Origin: an uncultured Pseudomonadota bacterium | Lineage (GTDB): Bacteria; Oederibacteriota; Muellerivitia; Muellerivitales; Muellerivitaceae | Direction of reading: 5' to 3' | DNA: 64,000 bases | Assembly (NCBI GenBank): GCA_963836235.1 | Contig: CAWIIP010000002.1 | Coordinates: 640,001-704,000 of the forward strand | Shown: positions 22,567-32,133 of the stretch, piece after piece | Layout of the letters: each line of letters opens with the position of its first letter | Position numbering within the stretch: position 1 is the stretch's first letter | Position numbers and translations under genes: made by a program | The notes under the pieces: generated by a model | The model's database searches: none | Told to the model about the DNA's origin: nothing | What the model saw: the letters and a program-made list of their open reading frames with translations, nothing else

Positions 22567-23957
22567 TTTGGCGGCATTACGGAAGTGCCAAGAGCTTGGG
22601 CTAAAGCTTCCACTTTATAAAGCGTTTCCAAATATTCTTTTTCGGGATCGGAGTCCGCGACAATTCCTGCTCCCGCGTGGAACTCCAGCCATCCATTTGG
22701 ATAAAGAGTAAAACTGCGAATCAGAATATTCAAATCAAAACAAAGCCCCGGTGCGACATATCCCATGCTGCCCGTATAAAAACCACGGGGTCTTTCTTCT
22801 AACTCATGGATAATTTCCATACATCGAATTTTTGGGCAACCCGTAATGGTGCCGCCCGGGAAAAGGGCTTTGAGGATATCCGAAAGGGTCGCGGATTCGC
22901 GGCGTTGGGCTTGCACTGTGGAAACAAGATGGTGGACCTTGGCATAGGACTCCACCTCCGAGTATCGTTTGACCTCAACAGTCCCGTAACGGGCTACCCT
23001 TCCCAAATCATTCCGGGCCAAATCCACCAGCATTAGATGTTCTGCCCGTTCTTTCGAATTTGTCTTAAGCTCAACTTGTAATTGCAAATCTTGCGTTTCA
23101 TCCCTTCCCCTTGGCCTGGTGCCCGCAATAGGCCTTGTTTCAATTCGGTTTCCTAGCCCAGAAACCAATCGTTCGGGAGAAGAGGAAACTATCGTGAAAT
23201 TTCTGCCCTTGAAAATTCCCATAAAAGGGCCCGGGTTCATTTCCCGAAGAATTCGGTAAAGACTCCCGGCATTCCCCTCCCACCGTGTTTGGAAAGATTG
23301 TGCTAGGTTGGCTTGGTAAATATCTCCTTCCTGAATGTAGGCCTGGGCTTCCTGAACCTTCACCCGATAATCCTCTAAGCTCCATCGCGACTGAATATCC
23401 TGAACGTTAAAAGGGATTCGAAAACGGGAAACCTCATGAAAGGGATTAAAAAACTCTCTCCCGAAAAGGAAATATTCTTTGGACCGCCGGTTTACCGCAA
23501 TCAAACGGGAAGGTTTGAAAAAATAAAAATCGGGAACGGGCTTGGAATACCCCGACAATTTTTGTTTTTTCCCCAGTTGAGTTCGAACCCCAAACTCATA
23601 ACTTAATATCCCGAACCAAGCGAACGAAAGAGAAAAAGGCATCGGCATAAAACCAGTACGGCTGTTTTCAATCAAATTGGCGAAATCCCAAAAGTCAAAC
23701 TGCGCCTTATGAAGACCCGAATTGTCGGCCAACCAATAATTTTCTCCACTCTCAAAATACTCTTTCTCTGGAAGTCCAGCCAATATCAACCATTCACTGG
23801 CTTCACCCGGCATCCCCGCGCTTTCCAAAAAAATAGCGGGCCCCAATGTTGCCCACGACTCCCATAGCCCTACCCAGTCAACGGATTTTTCCAAGCGCCC
23901 TTCGCCTTGAAGAGATAATTGAGAATAAAATATTTCAGCTAAAAAGTGGATCACCAA
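22563..23957 (-). CDS. pabB: Aminodeoxychorismate synthase component I (chorismate-binding MST family)
   Basis: GDIYQANL, SSSPERL, PIAGT, AEHLMLVDLARNDL, FPGGTITGCPK; next to pabC and folD. Confidence 0.75.
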   Translation of the reverse strand: MVIHFLAEIFYSQLSLQGEGRLEKSVDWVGLWESWATLGPAIFLESAGMPGEASEWLILAGLPEKEYFESGENYWLADNSGLHKAQFDFWDFANLIENSRTGFMPMPFSLSFAWFGILSYEFGVRTQLGKKQKLSGYSKPVPDFYFFKPSRLIAVNRRSKEYFLFGREFFNPFHEVSRFRIPFNVQDIQSRWSLEDYRVKVQEAQAYIQEGDIYQANLAQSFQTRWEGNAGSLYRILREMNPGPFMGIFKGRNFTIVSSSPERLVSGLGNRIETRPIAGTRPRGRDETQDLQLQVELKTNSKERAEHLMLVDLARNDLGRVARYGTVEVKRYSEVESYAKVHHLVSTVQAQRRESATLSDILKALFPGGTITGCPKIRCMEIIHELEERPRGFYTGSMGYVAPGLCFDLNILIRSFTLYPNGWLEFHAGAGIVADSDPEKEYLETLYKVEALAQALGTSVMPPK

Positions 23958-24052
23958 ATTCTCCGGAAAATTCGAATAAACGGGGTTATTTTACAAGCTG
24001 ATGAAAGGGTTCGGAATAAAAGATGGAAATCAAAGCGGGAAAAAAGGGAAAT

Positions 24053-24595
24053 TTAGGCTCTCGACGTCATCAAAACCAGGGATTCTACCGAACGTTGAAT
24101 CTCATTCAAGTCCAAAGGCTTTAGGATAACGGTCAATGGCCCTAACCGCATGGCCTCGCTCAAGAGCTCACTATCGGGATATGCCGTCACAATGACTACC
24201 ATTGCCCCGAGGTTTAGTTTCTTGATTTCCTTGAAGGTTTCGACCCCATTCATTTCGGGCATCTTCAGGTCCAAAAAAATATAATCGTAATTAGTTTGGC
24301 TGGCGGCTTGAATAGCCTCTTTGCCCGAATGAGACACATTGACAGAATATTTTTTCCGGTCCAATGCCCTTTGGTAGAGCTCGCAGATGGCGGGCTCATC
24401 GTCCACTACCAAAACTTTTTTAGGGGAGTGGCCTACACCCTTCTCAAGCCAACGATCCACCAGCTCTTTCTTGAAACGCCATTCACTCCCCACTTTAAAA
24501 GAAGGAATTTCGCCCTGTTGGGCCAATTTGTAAATAGTCGTGGTTGTAATCTTGAGATAGGCCGACAGTTCCTGCGCAGTCATTATTTCAGTCAT
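24053..24595 (-). CDS. Response regulator: excisionase-like HTH + receiver domain
   Basis: MTAQELSAYLKI..TIYKLA..GEIPSFKVGSEWRF HTH, then VVDDE, FLDLKMP, VTAY, LKP receiver motifs. Confidence 0.9.
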   Translation of the reverse strand: MTEIMTAQELSAYLKITTTTIYKLAQQGEIPSFKVGSEWRFKKELVDRWLEKGVGHSPKKVLVVDDEPAICELYQRALDRKKYSVNVSHSGKEAIQAASQTNYDYIFLDLKMPEMNGVETFKEIKKLNLGAMVVIVTAYPDSELLSEAMRLGPLTVILKPLDLNEIQRSVESLVLMTSRA

Positions 24596-24904
24596 TAGAT
24601 AAGCCGCCTCAAAGTTAACCCCGGGGTTCTATTACGCATGGTCAGTGAATTATATCGCAAACACTCTTTTCATATTCTACTTTCAACAACTTTAAGTTAG
24701 ATAATACGCATTGACAAATATCAGTCCTAACAAAATTATGGCCCAGCAAAAAAAAACCTGGATTCCTTCGAATTTTATTAAATCCAAAATGTCCCGTGAA
24801 GAATATTAAAAGATTATTAGGAATGATAAAGTTCCATAAATCTTTCGACAATCTTCAACATTAGACTTTTAACGTGATTTCAAATACTGGGGTTCTTCAT
24901 CCGC

Positions 24905-25231
24905 TTAAGAAGGCTTTTGAACGGTCTCCACATAGGAACGGTCAACTTCGATTTTACTATTCTCGTTGATTTTCAAAATTAATACCTGATCTTTGATATC
25001 GGCCACCGTTCCGTAAATTCCCCCCCGGGTCAAGACCCGGTCTCCCCTTTGGATCGCATTGAGGGATTCATCCCTCTTTTTTTTATCTTTAGCCGGAAGA
25101 TATACAAAAAAGAAGTAATACAACAGCATGATGGGCAGGATGGTCGTCATAAAAAGGCTCATCAAAGGGTTTTGAGGACCTACCGATGCGGCAACATTTT
25201 TAGCGGCTGTTTGAGCAAATGCGGAATCCAT
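24905..25231 (-). CDS. yajC: Preprotein translocase subunit YajC
   Basis: Single TM then GDRVLTRGGIYGTV motif. Confidence 0.9.
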   Translation of the reverse strand: MDSAFAQTAAKNVAASVGPQNPLMSLFMTTILPIMLLYYFFFVYLPAKDKKKRDESLNAIQRGDRVLTRGGIYGTVADIKDQVLILKINENSKIEVDRSYVETVQKPS

Positions 25232-25252
25232 TTTTTCTCCTTGTGAGAAATG

Positions 25253-26086
25253 TTAATTTTCGTCTAAAACACCATATTTGATTTCCACCAGGTTATGGGT
25301 TTTTACATCGAAGCCAAAAACCAACTTGTCATCCCACCCCAGAAATCCATGAGTGTGCTTGTATCTAAGATAATAAATCTTGTCATTCCTCTCCTCATTG
25401 TCATAGCGAAAATATTCGTTTTGAAACCTGTTCCTCACCTCATTCTCGGAAACATCAAGTCCTACCCCTTCTATGGTTAAAACCTGGAAATCTTGGTCGT
25501 CTTTTGGTTTCTCTATTGTAAAAACCCCAAATTTCTCATTCTCATATTTTTCCAGTGAAATATTTTGGTAAGAATATTTAAACCGCCTCGTTCCGTCTGA
25601 TTTGGTGGTCACCAGATCTCTTTTATAGGGCCAATCCTTGTCCTTCATGACGTGAAAAAGCTCATAAACGGGATAACGGGTCCCCTCAATCCACAATTCA
25701 GCGTTTTGAGTGTCAAAAATGATGATTTTCGGGTTTGCGCTGTTTTCCTTGGAAAGTTCTTCGGCCCGGGTACTGGCCTCCAAATTGATGGTGCTTCCAT
25801 TTTTATTGTCCTCGTCCCTCTTCGGGGGTTGGGAAACGGGAGTGGAGGCCGCTTCAGGCCCAAACCCCTTTTGAAGGCGCAGACGGTCGATTTCCAATTG
25901 GAGCTTTTCATTATCCAGTTGGCACTTTTGAAGTTCTAGATTCATCATTTCCATATCGAGGTCGTGTTGAGTTGTTTTTCGGTGCATCACTTCGGTCGGA
26001 GTTGCCATGGAAGAATCATCTTGGGCAAAAGCTAAAGACCCGCTAAAAAATATCGCTAAAGCCATAAAGCTTCTTAAATTTCTCAT
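25253..26086 (-). CDS. Exported hypothetical protein (coiled coil; C-terminal region reminiscent of BamE/BLIP-like fold)
   Basis: Signal peptide ending AFA-Q, heptad coil, GVGLDVSENEVRNRF...YLRY...FGFD pattern; fold call is a visual guess. Confidence 0.6.
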   Translation of the reverse strand: MRNLRSFMALAIFFSGSLAFAQDDSSMATPTEVMHRKTTQHDLDMEMMNLELQKCQLDNEKLQLEIDRLRLQKGFGPEAASTPVSQPPKRDEDNKNGSTINLEASTRAEELSKENSANPKIIIFDTQNAELWIEGTRYPVYELFHVMKDKDWPYKRDLVTTKSDGTRRFKYSYQNISLEKYENEKFGVFTIEKPKDDQDFQVLTIEGVGLDVSENEVRNRFQNEYFRYDNEERNDKIYYLRYKHTHGFLGWDDKLVFGFDVKTHNLVEIKYGVLDEN

Positions 26087-26166
26087 TCACAAACCTCTTT
26101 TTGAAAGAACTAATGGCGAAAAATCTCGTCAGAGAACGGCCAAAGCATAACATTTTGACTGAAAAT

Positions 26167-26204
26167 AAAAAACCCCGCCTCGAAAAACCGAGGCGGGGTT
26201 TTTT
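26167..26204. terminator. Strong bidirectional intrinsic terminator after the outer-membrane protein gene
   Basis: A6-CCCCGCCTCG-AAAAAC-CGAGGCGGGG-T6. Confidence 0.92.
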
Positions 26205-26216
26205 GAACTACCGATC

Positions 26217-27902
26217 TTAGAACTTAAAAGTACCGTCAACCTTGGCAACGGTAACGAGATTCCCGGAGAACAAAGTTCCCGCACCCGGTGCGATATTGAC
26301 CAATGTAGTATTTTCTACAACGTCCTCATTCAACAGAGCGTCGAACGCGAAATTGCCGAATTTCACCCCGAAACCGCTGGTGAACATAACATTGGCAAAC
26401 TGGTCGCTCCAGCTGTTGTCCGTCTCGACGTTTTGGTAAACGCCGGCGGCGGTCTGGTTGTTGCGGCCAATGGTCTTATCCGAATAACTCTGGAAAGCGT
26501 TAGCCGTCGCTCCGAGGCGGAGGGTTAACCAATTAAACAAATCCTGCTCCGCGCCCATGTGGACAGGAACGAGGAAATTGGTATAGTCCGAATCGGAATA
26601 ATAAACAGGCTGGAATGCCGCGTTAGCGACATTATAAGTCTGACTTTCATCGGTGAAATGTTGGTTGCGGTATTGCACACCGATGGAAGAAATAAACCTT
26701 CCCTTGCCATCCTCGATCTTATGAACACAACCGGCGTTCAAATTGATATCCAAGTTCGAGTAAGTGGTATCACGGAATTCATTCGTATCTCCCGCGTCCA
26801 GGAAGCTTCCGTTGTTGTTGTTATCTTCTTGGAAGGTTTCCTTCGTGCCCAACTGGCTGATGACATCGTTGGTGGACAACCTAATTTGGGTATTTTCATC
26901 CGAATCCTTAACGGCCAAAGCATTCACTCGGAAATCATAAATACCGTTGTCTTTCATCATGTTTTGGAAGTAATTGTTCACTCCAGTAGCGGTAGCGTTT
27001 TCTTCGATTTCGGAATCAATCATTGAAATAGTTCCTAATTCGAACGAAGCAGCCACGTCGAGGTTTGAGAAAGGACCAACGTCCTTGCTCCCAATACCCG
27101 CGGACAAGCCAAATTCTTGGACTTGATCAGCTTCTTGTTTATAGCCCAGGTAGGTGCCTGCGGCAGGAGTAGCCGGAACCAAAACGTTGGTATTGCCCGT
27201 GAAATCCCAATAATCGCCCGCTTGATCCCCATAATTTAAGGAAAGACCAAAGCCCTGGTCTGCGAAAGTAACCTCGAACTTGTTATTCGGGGTTTGAAGA
27301 TACTCCCCAATGCGATTTGAGTTGCTGGCTCCCGTATTTCCGCCCGCAGGATTAGCCATACCCGTCCCATTCCAATCGGACCAGTGATTAACGACCGATC
27401 CCCAATTGTTAGTCATGGCACCCCAACCACCTGCATCCGTTGGGTCAAAACCACCTAGATTCGAATAGGTATTATTGTATCCGTCGGTTTCAGTCCCAAG
27501 TCTCAAATCCGGGTTCCCACCCGCGTTGTCGGTGAAATAATTCACCGGAACATTGAGAAAGAGCGCCCAAGTTCCAATTCCATGTTTGGAATCAATCATC
27601 CCAAACCAGTTGTCGGAACCGGAAAGAAGTCCATTTCCGTCCCAACCGATAGTATCCGTGCCACCAGCGGGAGGAATACCTGGAACCGCCTGATAATCCG
27701 GCGTTCCGTAATACAAGAAGAAGGTATTCGAAAAGTTAGAGGCCTGTTCCGGGAAGAGCTGAACCAAGTCGCTGCTCCCCGTCCTTAACGACGCGTCAAA
27801 ACCCGCACCTTGACCCAAGCTCTGGTCCGCCACATCCGCGAAGGATGCGACTGGCGCCAAAACGAGGCCAGCCAGCAACAACAATGCTAATGCTTTCTTC
27901 AT
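26217..27902 (-). CDS. Probable major outer-membrane beta-barrel protein (FadL/PorV-like?)
   Basis: Signal peptide ending ASFA-D, Gly/Asn/Asp-rich amphipathic strands, C-terminal KVDGTFKF beta-signal, AAGGAG SD, own promoter and terminator. Confidence 0.7.
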   Translation of the reverse strand: MKKALALLLLAGLVLAPVASFADVADQSLGQGAGFDASLRTGSSDLVQLFPEQASNFSNTFFLYYGTPDYQAVPGIPPAGGTDTIGWDGNGLLSGSDNWFGMIDSKHGIGTWALFLNVPVNYFTDNAGGNPDLRLGTETDGYNNTYSNLGGFDPTDAGGWGAMTNNWGSVVNHWSDWNGTGMANPAGGNTGASNSNRIGEYLQTPNNKFEVTFADQGFGLSLNYGDQAGDYWDFTGNTNVLVPATPAAGTYLGYKQEADQVQEFGLSAGIGSKDVGPFSNLDVAASFELGTISMIDSEIEENATATGVNNYFQNMMKDNGIYDFRVNALAVKDSDENTQIRLSTNDVISQLGTKETFQEDNNNNGSFLDAGDTNEFRDTTYSNLDINLNAGCVHKIEDGKGRFISSIGVQYRNQHFTDESQTYNVANAAFQPVYYSDSDYTNFLVPVHMGAEQDLFNWLTLRLGATANAFQSYSDKTIGRNNQTAAGVYQNVETDNSWSDQFANVMFTSGFGVKFGNFAFDALLNEDVVENTTLVNIAPGAGTLFSGNLVTVAKVDGTFKF

Positions 27903-28196
27903 GCTTCTCTCTCCTTAAGCTTTTTTGGGGCCCGCACTCCTCAGGGAAGAGTGCCGTACCCGAATTTCACTGCTTAACAGGCCCTTTCGAGCCCAAAAAC
28001 CAATAACAAAGAACCATAAGAGCGTGATCGCCTCCCAAAAAAGCGCCACCCTCCACATAATCTCCAACAAACAAACGGACGTGATCACGAACCACCTGCG
28101 TTGAAGAGCATAAGCCCCGCTTTACGCGAAACTTACGCATTTTCCCCTAAGTCTTAGGCCAAAAATATCAAAACCAGGGCCAACACAATTGACAAG

Positions 28197-28225
28197 ACTA
28201 TAAAGACTGGTTTTGAAGGCGTCAA
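28197..28225 (-). promoter_or_regulatory. Near-consensus sigma70 promoter for the outer-membrane protein gene
   Basis: TTGACG (28225-28220) - 17 nt - TATAGT (28202-28197). Confidence 0.6.
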
Positions 28226-28370
28226 CCCAAAAAAAGCTGTTTAAAGCAAAAATAACCCCACAGGATGGGGCTTTATTACATCACCATCAAAGACTTGTGG
28301 ATAATTGGCAAAAGCTCAATTTAAGGGGATTTGGGAATTGTCTTGAAAATGAAAATCAAATTGATAACTT

Positions 28371-30221
28371 CTATTCCACGGTCACACTTTTAGCCAGATT
28401 TCGGGGCTGGTCAATTTCACGGCCTTTATGCTTGGCAATCTCATAGGCCAATATTTGTAGTGGTAAAACCGAGAGCATGGGGGAAAGATCCTCATCCACA
28501 GCGGGGATTTCAATCACCGCATCTGCCTTGCGAACAGCGGTCTTATCGCCCTTTTCAACAAGAGCTATCAGTTTTCCATCGCGGGCTTTTACTTCTTCCA
28601 TGTTATTCAGCATCTTTTCGTAAACCCCGGAGGACTTTAAAGCTATAGCCACCACCGGCATCTTGGAATCAATCAATGCAATAGGTCCATGCTTCATTTC
28701 CCCGCCCGGATAGCCTTCAGCGTGGATGTAGGAGATTTCTTTCAATTTTAGGGCTCCCTCCAAGGCGATGGGATAATGGATACCCCGCCCGATATACAGA
28801 AAGTTAAAATAGTAGGAGAAATCCCGGGCCATTTTTTCCAGGTATTTACGTTGTTTCAATACCGAAGCCATGATTTGTGGCAGGCGGGAAAGCACCTTGG
28901 CTTTCTTTTTCAATTCGGCGGGTGGGAGGGTTTTGCGCATGCCAGCTAGGTGAAGGGTCAAAAGCCAGAATGCCCCCAGTTGAGTGGTAAAAGCCTTAGT
29001 GGAAGCAACGCCGATCTCTGGGCCCGCGCGCGTCAGAAGAACCCCATCCGCTTCCCGGGTGGCTGAACTGCCCATAACGTTACAGATAACCGCCACTTTA
29101 GCGCCCTTGGATTTTGCCTCCCGGAGCGCCACCAATGTGTCTACGGTTTCACCGCTTTGGGAAACCACGATTGCCAAGGTGTCCTTGTCAATAATCGGGT
29201 TGCGGTAACGAAACTCGGAAGCGTTATCCACGTCCACGGGAATGCGTAAGTATTTTTCCAGAAGGAACTTCCCTACTAGCGCGGCGTAATAAGAAGTGCC
29301 CATGGCTAGAACCGTAATTTTCTTGAAGCGCTTCAGGTAAGGCGATTCCCAAAATTTTCCTTCCAAGGCCACTTCCCCAGTCCGGGGGTCCAATCGGCTG
29401 GTAAAAGTGTCTTCCATGGCCCGGGGCTGCTCCATAATTTCCTTCAGCATGAAGTGGGGGTAACCACCTTTTTCCGCCTGCTCCGGGCTCCACTCGATTT
29501 CCGAAATTTTAGGCTGACGGATTTTGCCATCGTGGACGCCAATCAGTTCCACTCCATCGGTCTTAATGGTAACCATTTCGTTGTCTTCCAAGTAAAAGAC
29601 CCGCCGGGTATGGGCCAAAAGAGCCGGCACGTCGGAAGCCAAAAGATTCTCACCTTTGCCTAAACCAATCACCAAGCCCCCCCCGCCGGAACGGGCTCCA
29701 ATAAGGGTATGGGGTTCCCCTTCGTAAACGGCCACCACCGAATAGGTCCCCTCGATTTTTTCCAAGGCCCAACGTACGGCGTCCCGCCAGGAATGTTTTT
29801 TGAGGCCTTCTTCCATTAGATGGGCCAAAACTTCCGAATCGGTCTGGGATTTGAAGCGGTGTCCCTTATCCTGAAGCTGCTTTTTCAATTTTTGGTAATT
29901 TTCAACAATGCCGTTATGGACGACCGCGATATTGCCCGAGCAATCCGTGTGAGGGTGAGCATTCTGATCGGTAGGATGCCCATGGGTAGCCCAGCGGGTA
30001 TGACCGATGCCGGAGGTGATCGCGGGAGAAATATGCGCCTTCTTCACCGCCAAAACCAGGTTGTGGATCTTACCGGCTTTTTTGATGATCTGAAGCTTGC
30101 GGCCTGGAATTAAAAGGGCAAGGCCTGCGGAGTCGTAACCCCGGTATTCCAATTTGGCTAGGCCATTGATCAACAAGGGGGCCGCTGGTTTAGGGCCGGT
30201 ATATCCAACAATGCCGCACAT
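28371..30221 (-). CDS. glmS: Glutamine-fructose-6-phosphate aminotransferase
   Basis: MCGIVG, EYRGYDSAG, GHTRWATHG, SQSGET, PRNLAKSVTVE. Confidence 0.98.
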   Translation of the reverse strand: MCGIVGYTGPKPAAPLLINGLAKLEYRGYDSAGLALLIPGRKLQIIKKAGKIHNLVLAVKKAHISPAITSGIGHTRWATHGHPTDQNAHPHTDCSGNIAVVHNGIVENYQKLKKQLQDKGHRFKSQTDSEVLAHLMEEGLKKHSWRDAVRWALEKIEGTYSVVAVYEGEPHTLIGARSGGGGLVIGLGKGENLLASDVPALLAHTRRVFYLEDNEMVTIKTDGVELIGVHDGKIRQPKISEIEWSPEQAEKGGYPHFMLKEIMEQPRAMEDTFTSRLDPRTGEVALEGKFWESPYLKRFKKITVLAMGTSYYAALVGKFLLEKYLRIPVDVDNASEFRYRNPIIDKDTLAIVVSQSGETVDTLVALREAKSKGAKVAVICNVMGSSATREADGVLLTRAGPEIGVASTKAFTTQLGAFWLLTLHLAGMRKTLPPAELKKKAKVLSRLPQIMASVLKQRKYLEKMARDFSYYFNFLYIGRGIHYPIALEGALKLKEISYIHAEGYPGGEMKHGPIALIDSKMPVVAIALKSSGVYEKMLNNMEEVKARDGKLIALVEKGDKTAVRKADAVIEIPAVDEDLSPMLSVLPLQILAYEIAKHKGREIDQPRNLAKSVTVE

Positions 30222-30289
30222 AAAAACCTCGAATTAGAGTCTAAAGAATGCGGCATATTAACACGCCGGTAAGGCCAATAAAAAGAGGC

Positions 30290-31117
30290 TTATTCCAGGG
30301 CCTTCGAAAGCCCCACTAGTTTTTCCAAACCCAGTTGCTCCCCCCGAATCTGCGGATTAATGGAAGTCTTTTCAAGGGCCGACTGTACCTTTTCGACAGG
30401 TTTTCCCAAAGACTTCAGGGAATTGGAAAGCATTTTGCGCCGAGTTTGAAAAATAGCGCGTACCAGGGCAAAAAATTGTTTTTCCGAAGGACCCTCCAAA
30501 GGAAAGGAAGGCTTTATTTCCAATTCAATAAACGCGGAGTCAACCTTAGGCTTGGGCTTAAAACAACGGGCTGGAACATCCACCAGCTTGCGGGGTTTGC
30601 TGTAAAACTGGGCACAAATGGTCAGCGCCCCATAGGCTTTGGTTCCGGGCGCGGCCACCAGCCGTTCCGCCACTTCTTTTTGGACCATGAGGTAAATCTT
30701 GCGAACGATAGAGTTGTACTGGGTTAAGAGACGGGTAATCAAGGGTGAAGTAAGGTAATAAGGTATGTTCCCCGCCACCGTCAGACGAGCCGGGGGCGGG
30801 GGTGCAAAAGGTGTCAAATCTAACTTAAGAATGTCCGCTTTCACTAAGCCCATTCCTGGAGTCTTTCCGAATTTTCTTTCCAACATGGCGAAAAGCTTAT
30901 GATCCACTTCCACTACCGTTAAAAGCGCGCCCTTCTTGGCCAATCGCTCGGTCAAAACCCCGTAACCACCTCCCACCTCCAATAGTACGTCTCCTGTAGG
31001 ACAGTGTATGACTTGGTCGATCTGATCGAGAACTTTGGAATCGGTGAGGAAATTTTGCCCGGCGGTCTTGCGGGGACGGTAGGAAAATTCTTTGAAAAGA
31101 TCCGAGATCGAATCCAT
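30290..31117 (-). CDS. rsmA: 16S rRNA adenine dimethyltransferase
   Basis: GQNFL, LEVGGGYG, GNIPYY, MVQKEVAER, PKPKVDSA. Confidence 0.95.
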   Translation of the reverse strand: MDSISDLFKEFSYRPRKTAGQNFLTDSKVLDQIDQVIHCPTGDVLLEVGGGYGVLTERLAKKGALLTVVEVDHKLFAMLERKFGKTPGMGLVKADILKLDLTPFAPPPPARLTVAGNIPYYLTSPLITRLLTQYNSIVRKIYLMVQKEVAERLVAAPGTKAYGALTICAQFYSKPRKLVDVPARCFKPKPKVDSAFIELEIKPSFPLEGPSEKQFFALVRAIFQTRRKMLSNSLKSLGKPVEKVQSALEKTSINPQIRGEQLGLEKLVGLSKALE

Positions 31118-32118
31118 CAGGATTTTCGGACCAGGGACTCTGCCAATCGGATGGCCGAAATCATACTGTCAGGACGGGCCTTACCCTTGCCCGCGATATC
31201 GAAAGCCGTCCCGTGGTCGGGAGAGGTTCGAATGAAAGGCAGCCCTAGGGTTAAGTTCACCCCACTATCAAAGGCTGTTAGCTTCAGGGGTATAAGCCCT
31301 TGATCGTGATACATGCAAAGAATAGCGTCATAGGGCTTTTGTGAGGCCCAATAAAAAAGCGTATCGGGCGGGTGGGGGCCGGTCACATCCCAACCCATCT
31401 TCTTCGCCTTTTCGACAACCGGTATCAAAACCTTGATCTCTTCTTTTCCAAAAGCCCCGTTTTCCCCCGCGTGGGGATTCACCCCTGCCACCGCGATTCG
31501 GGGCTTGGGGATTCCAAACCAACGCCGAAGGGTCTTGTGGGTCAACTCAAGCTTCTCCCAAACCAAGGCGGGTTTGACACTCTCAAGTGATTTTTCAAGC
31601 GACACATGGATGGATTGGAGAACGATCCGAAAAGGCCCGCCCATCATCATCATGGCGAAAGATTGGGAACTAGATAGGGTTGCCAAAAGTTCCGTATGAC
31701 CCGGAAAGGGACAGCCTGCCCTATGAATGGCTTCTTTGTTGATAGGCGCGGTTACTAGGGCATCCACATCACCAGCTAAAGCCAGCCGAGCCCCCTCCGC
31801 CACATAGCGCACTGCGGCGGCGCCATTGGCCGCGGTTATCTTGCCCCACTGGATTTTCTTCACCCCGCCCAGGTCCAGAACCGCCACACCTTTTTTTAGT
31901 TCCCGGCCCAATTCGGCATCATTTACCCATACGAACGGAATGTGAAACTTCAGTTTTTTGGCCAAAGCGACCCAATGTCGATAGTCACCTAATAGGATGT
32001 ACTTGGACTTTGATTTAGGGCCAATTAGGGAAAGAGCCTTTAAAGCTACTTCCCCGCCAATTCCCGCGGGATCACCAAGAGTTATGGCGATAAGTTTTTG
32101 TTGAGCCGTCTTAGACAA
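31117..32118 (-). CDS. pdxA: 4-hydroxythreonine-4-phosphate dehydrogenase
   Basis: GDPAGIG, GHTE, NPHAGE, MYHDQGLIP, RTSPDHGTAFDIAG. Confidence 0.95.
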   Translation of the reverse strand: MSKTAQQKLIAITLGDPAGIGGEVALKALSLIGPKSKSKYILLGDYRHWVALAKKLKFHIPFVWVNDAELGRELKKGVAVLDLGGVKKIQWGKITAANGAAAVRYVAEGARLALAGDVDALVTAPINKEAIHRAGCPFPGHTELLATLSSSQSFAMMMMGGPFRIVLQSIHVSLEKSLESVKPALVWEKLELTHKTLRRWFGIPKPRIAVAGVNPHAGENGAFGKEEIKVLIPVVEKAKKMGWDVTGPHPPDTLFYWASQKPYDAILCMYHDQGLIPLKLTAFDSGVNLTLGLPFIRTSPDHGTAFDIAGKGKARPDSMISAIRLAESLVRKS

Positions 32119-32133
32119 GAATATCCTTTTAAT

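Noticed and set aside
24450-24595. Prophage excisionase
   Set aside because: The HTH is fused to a receiver domain and no phage genes are nearby
28160-28184. Sigma54 promoter TGGCCC-N5-TTGA upstream of the outer-membrane protein gene
   Set aside because: The -12 dinucleotide is GA rather than GC, and a good sigma70 promoter lies just upstream
30222-30289. glmS ribozyme
   Set aside because: Gap is only 68 nt with no ribozyme core
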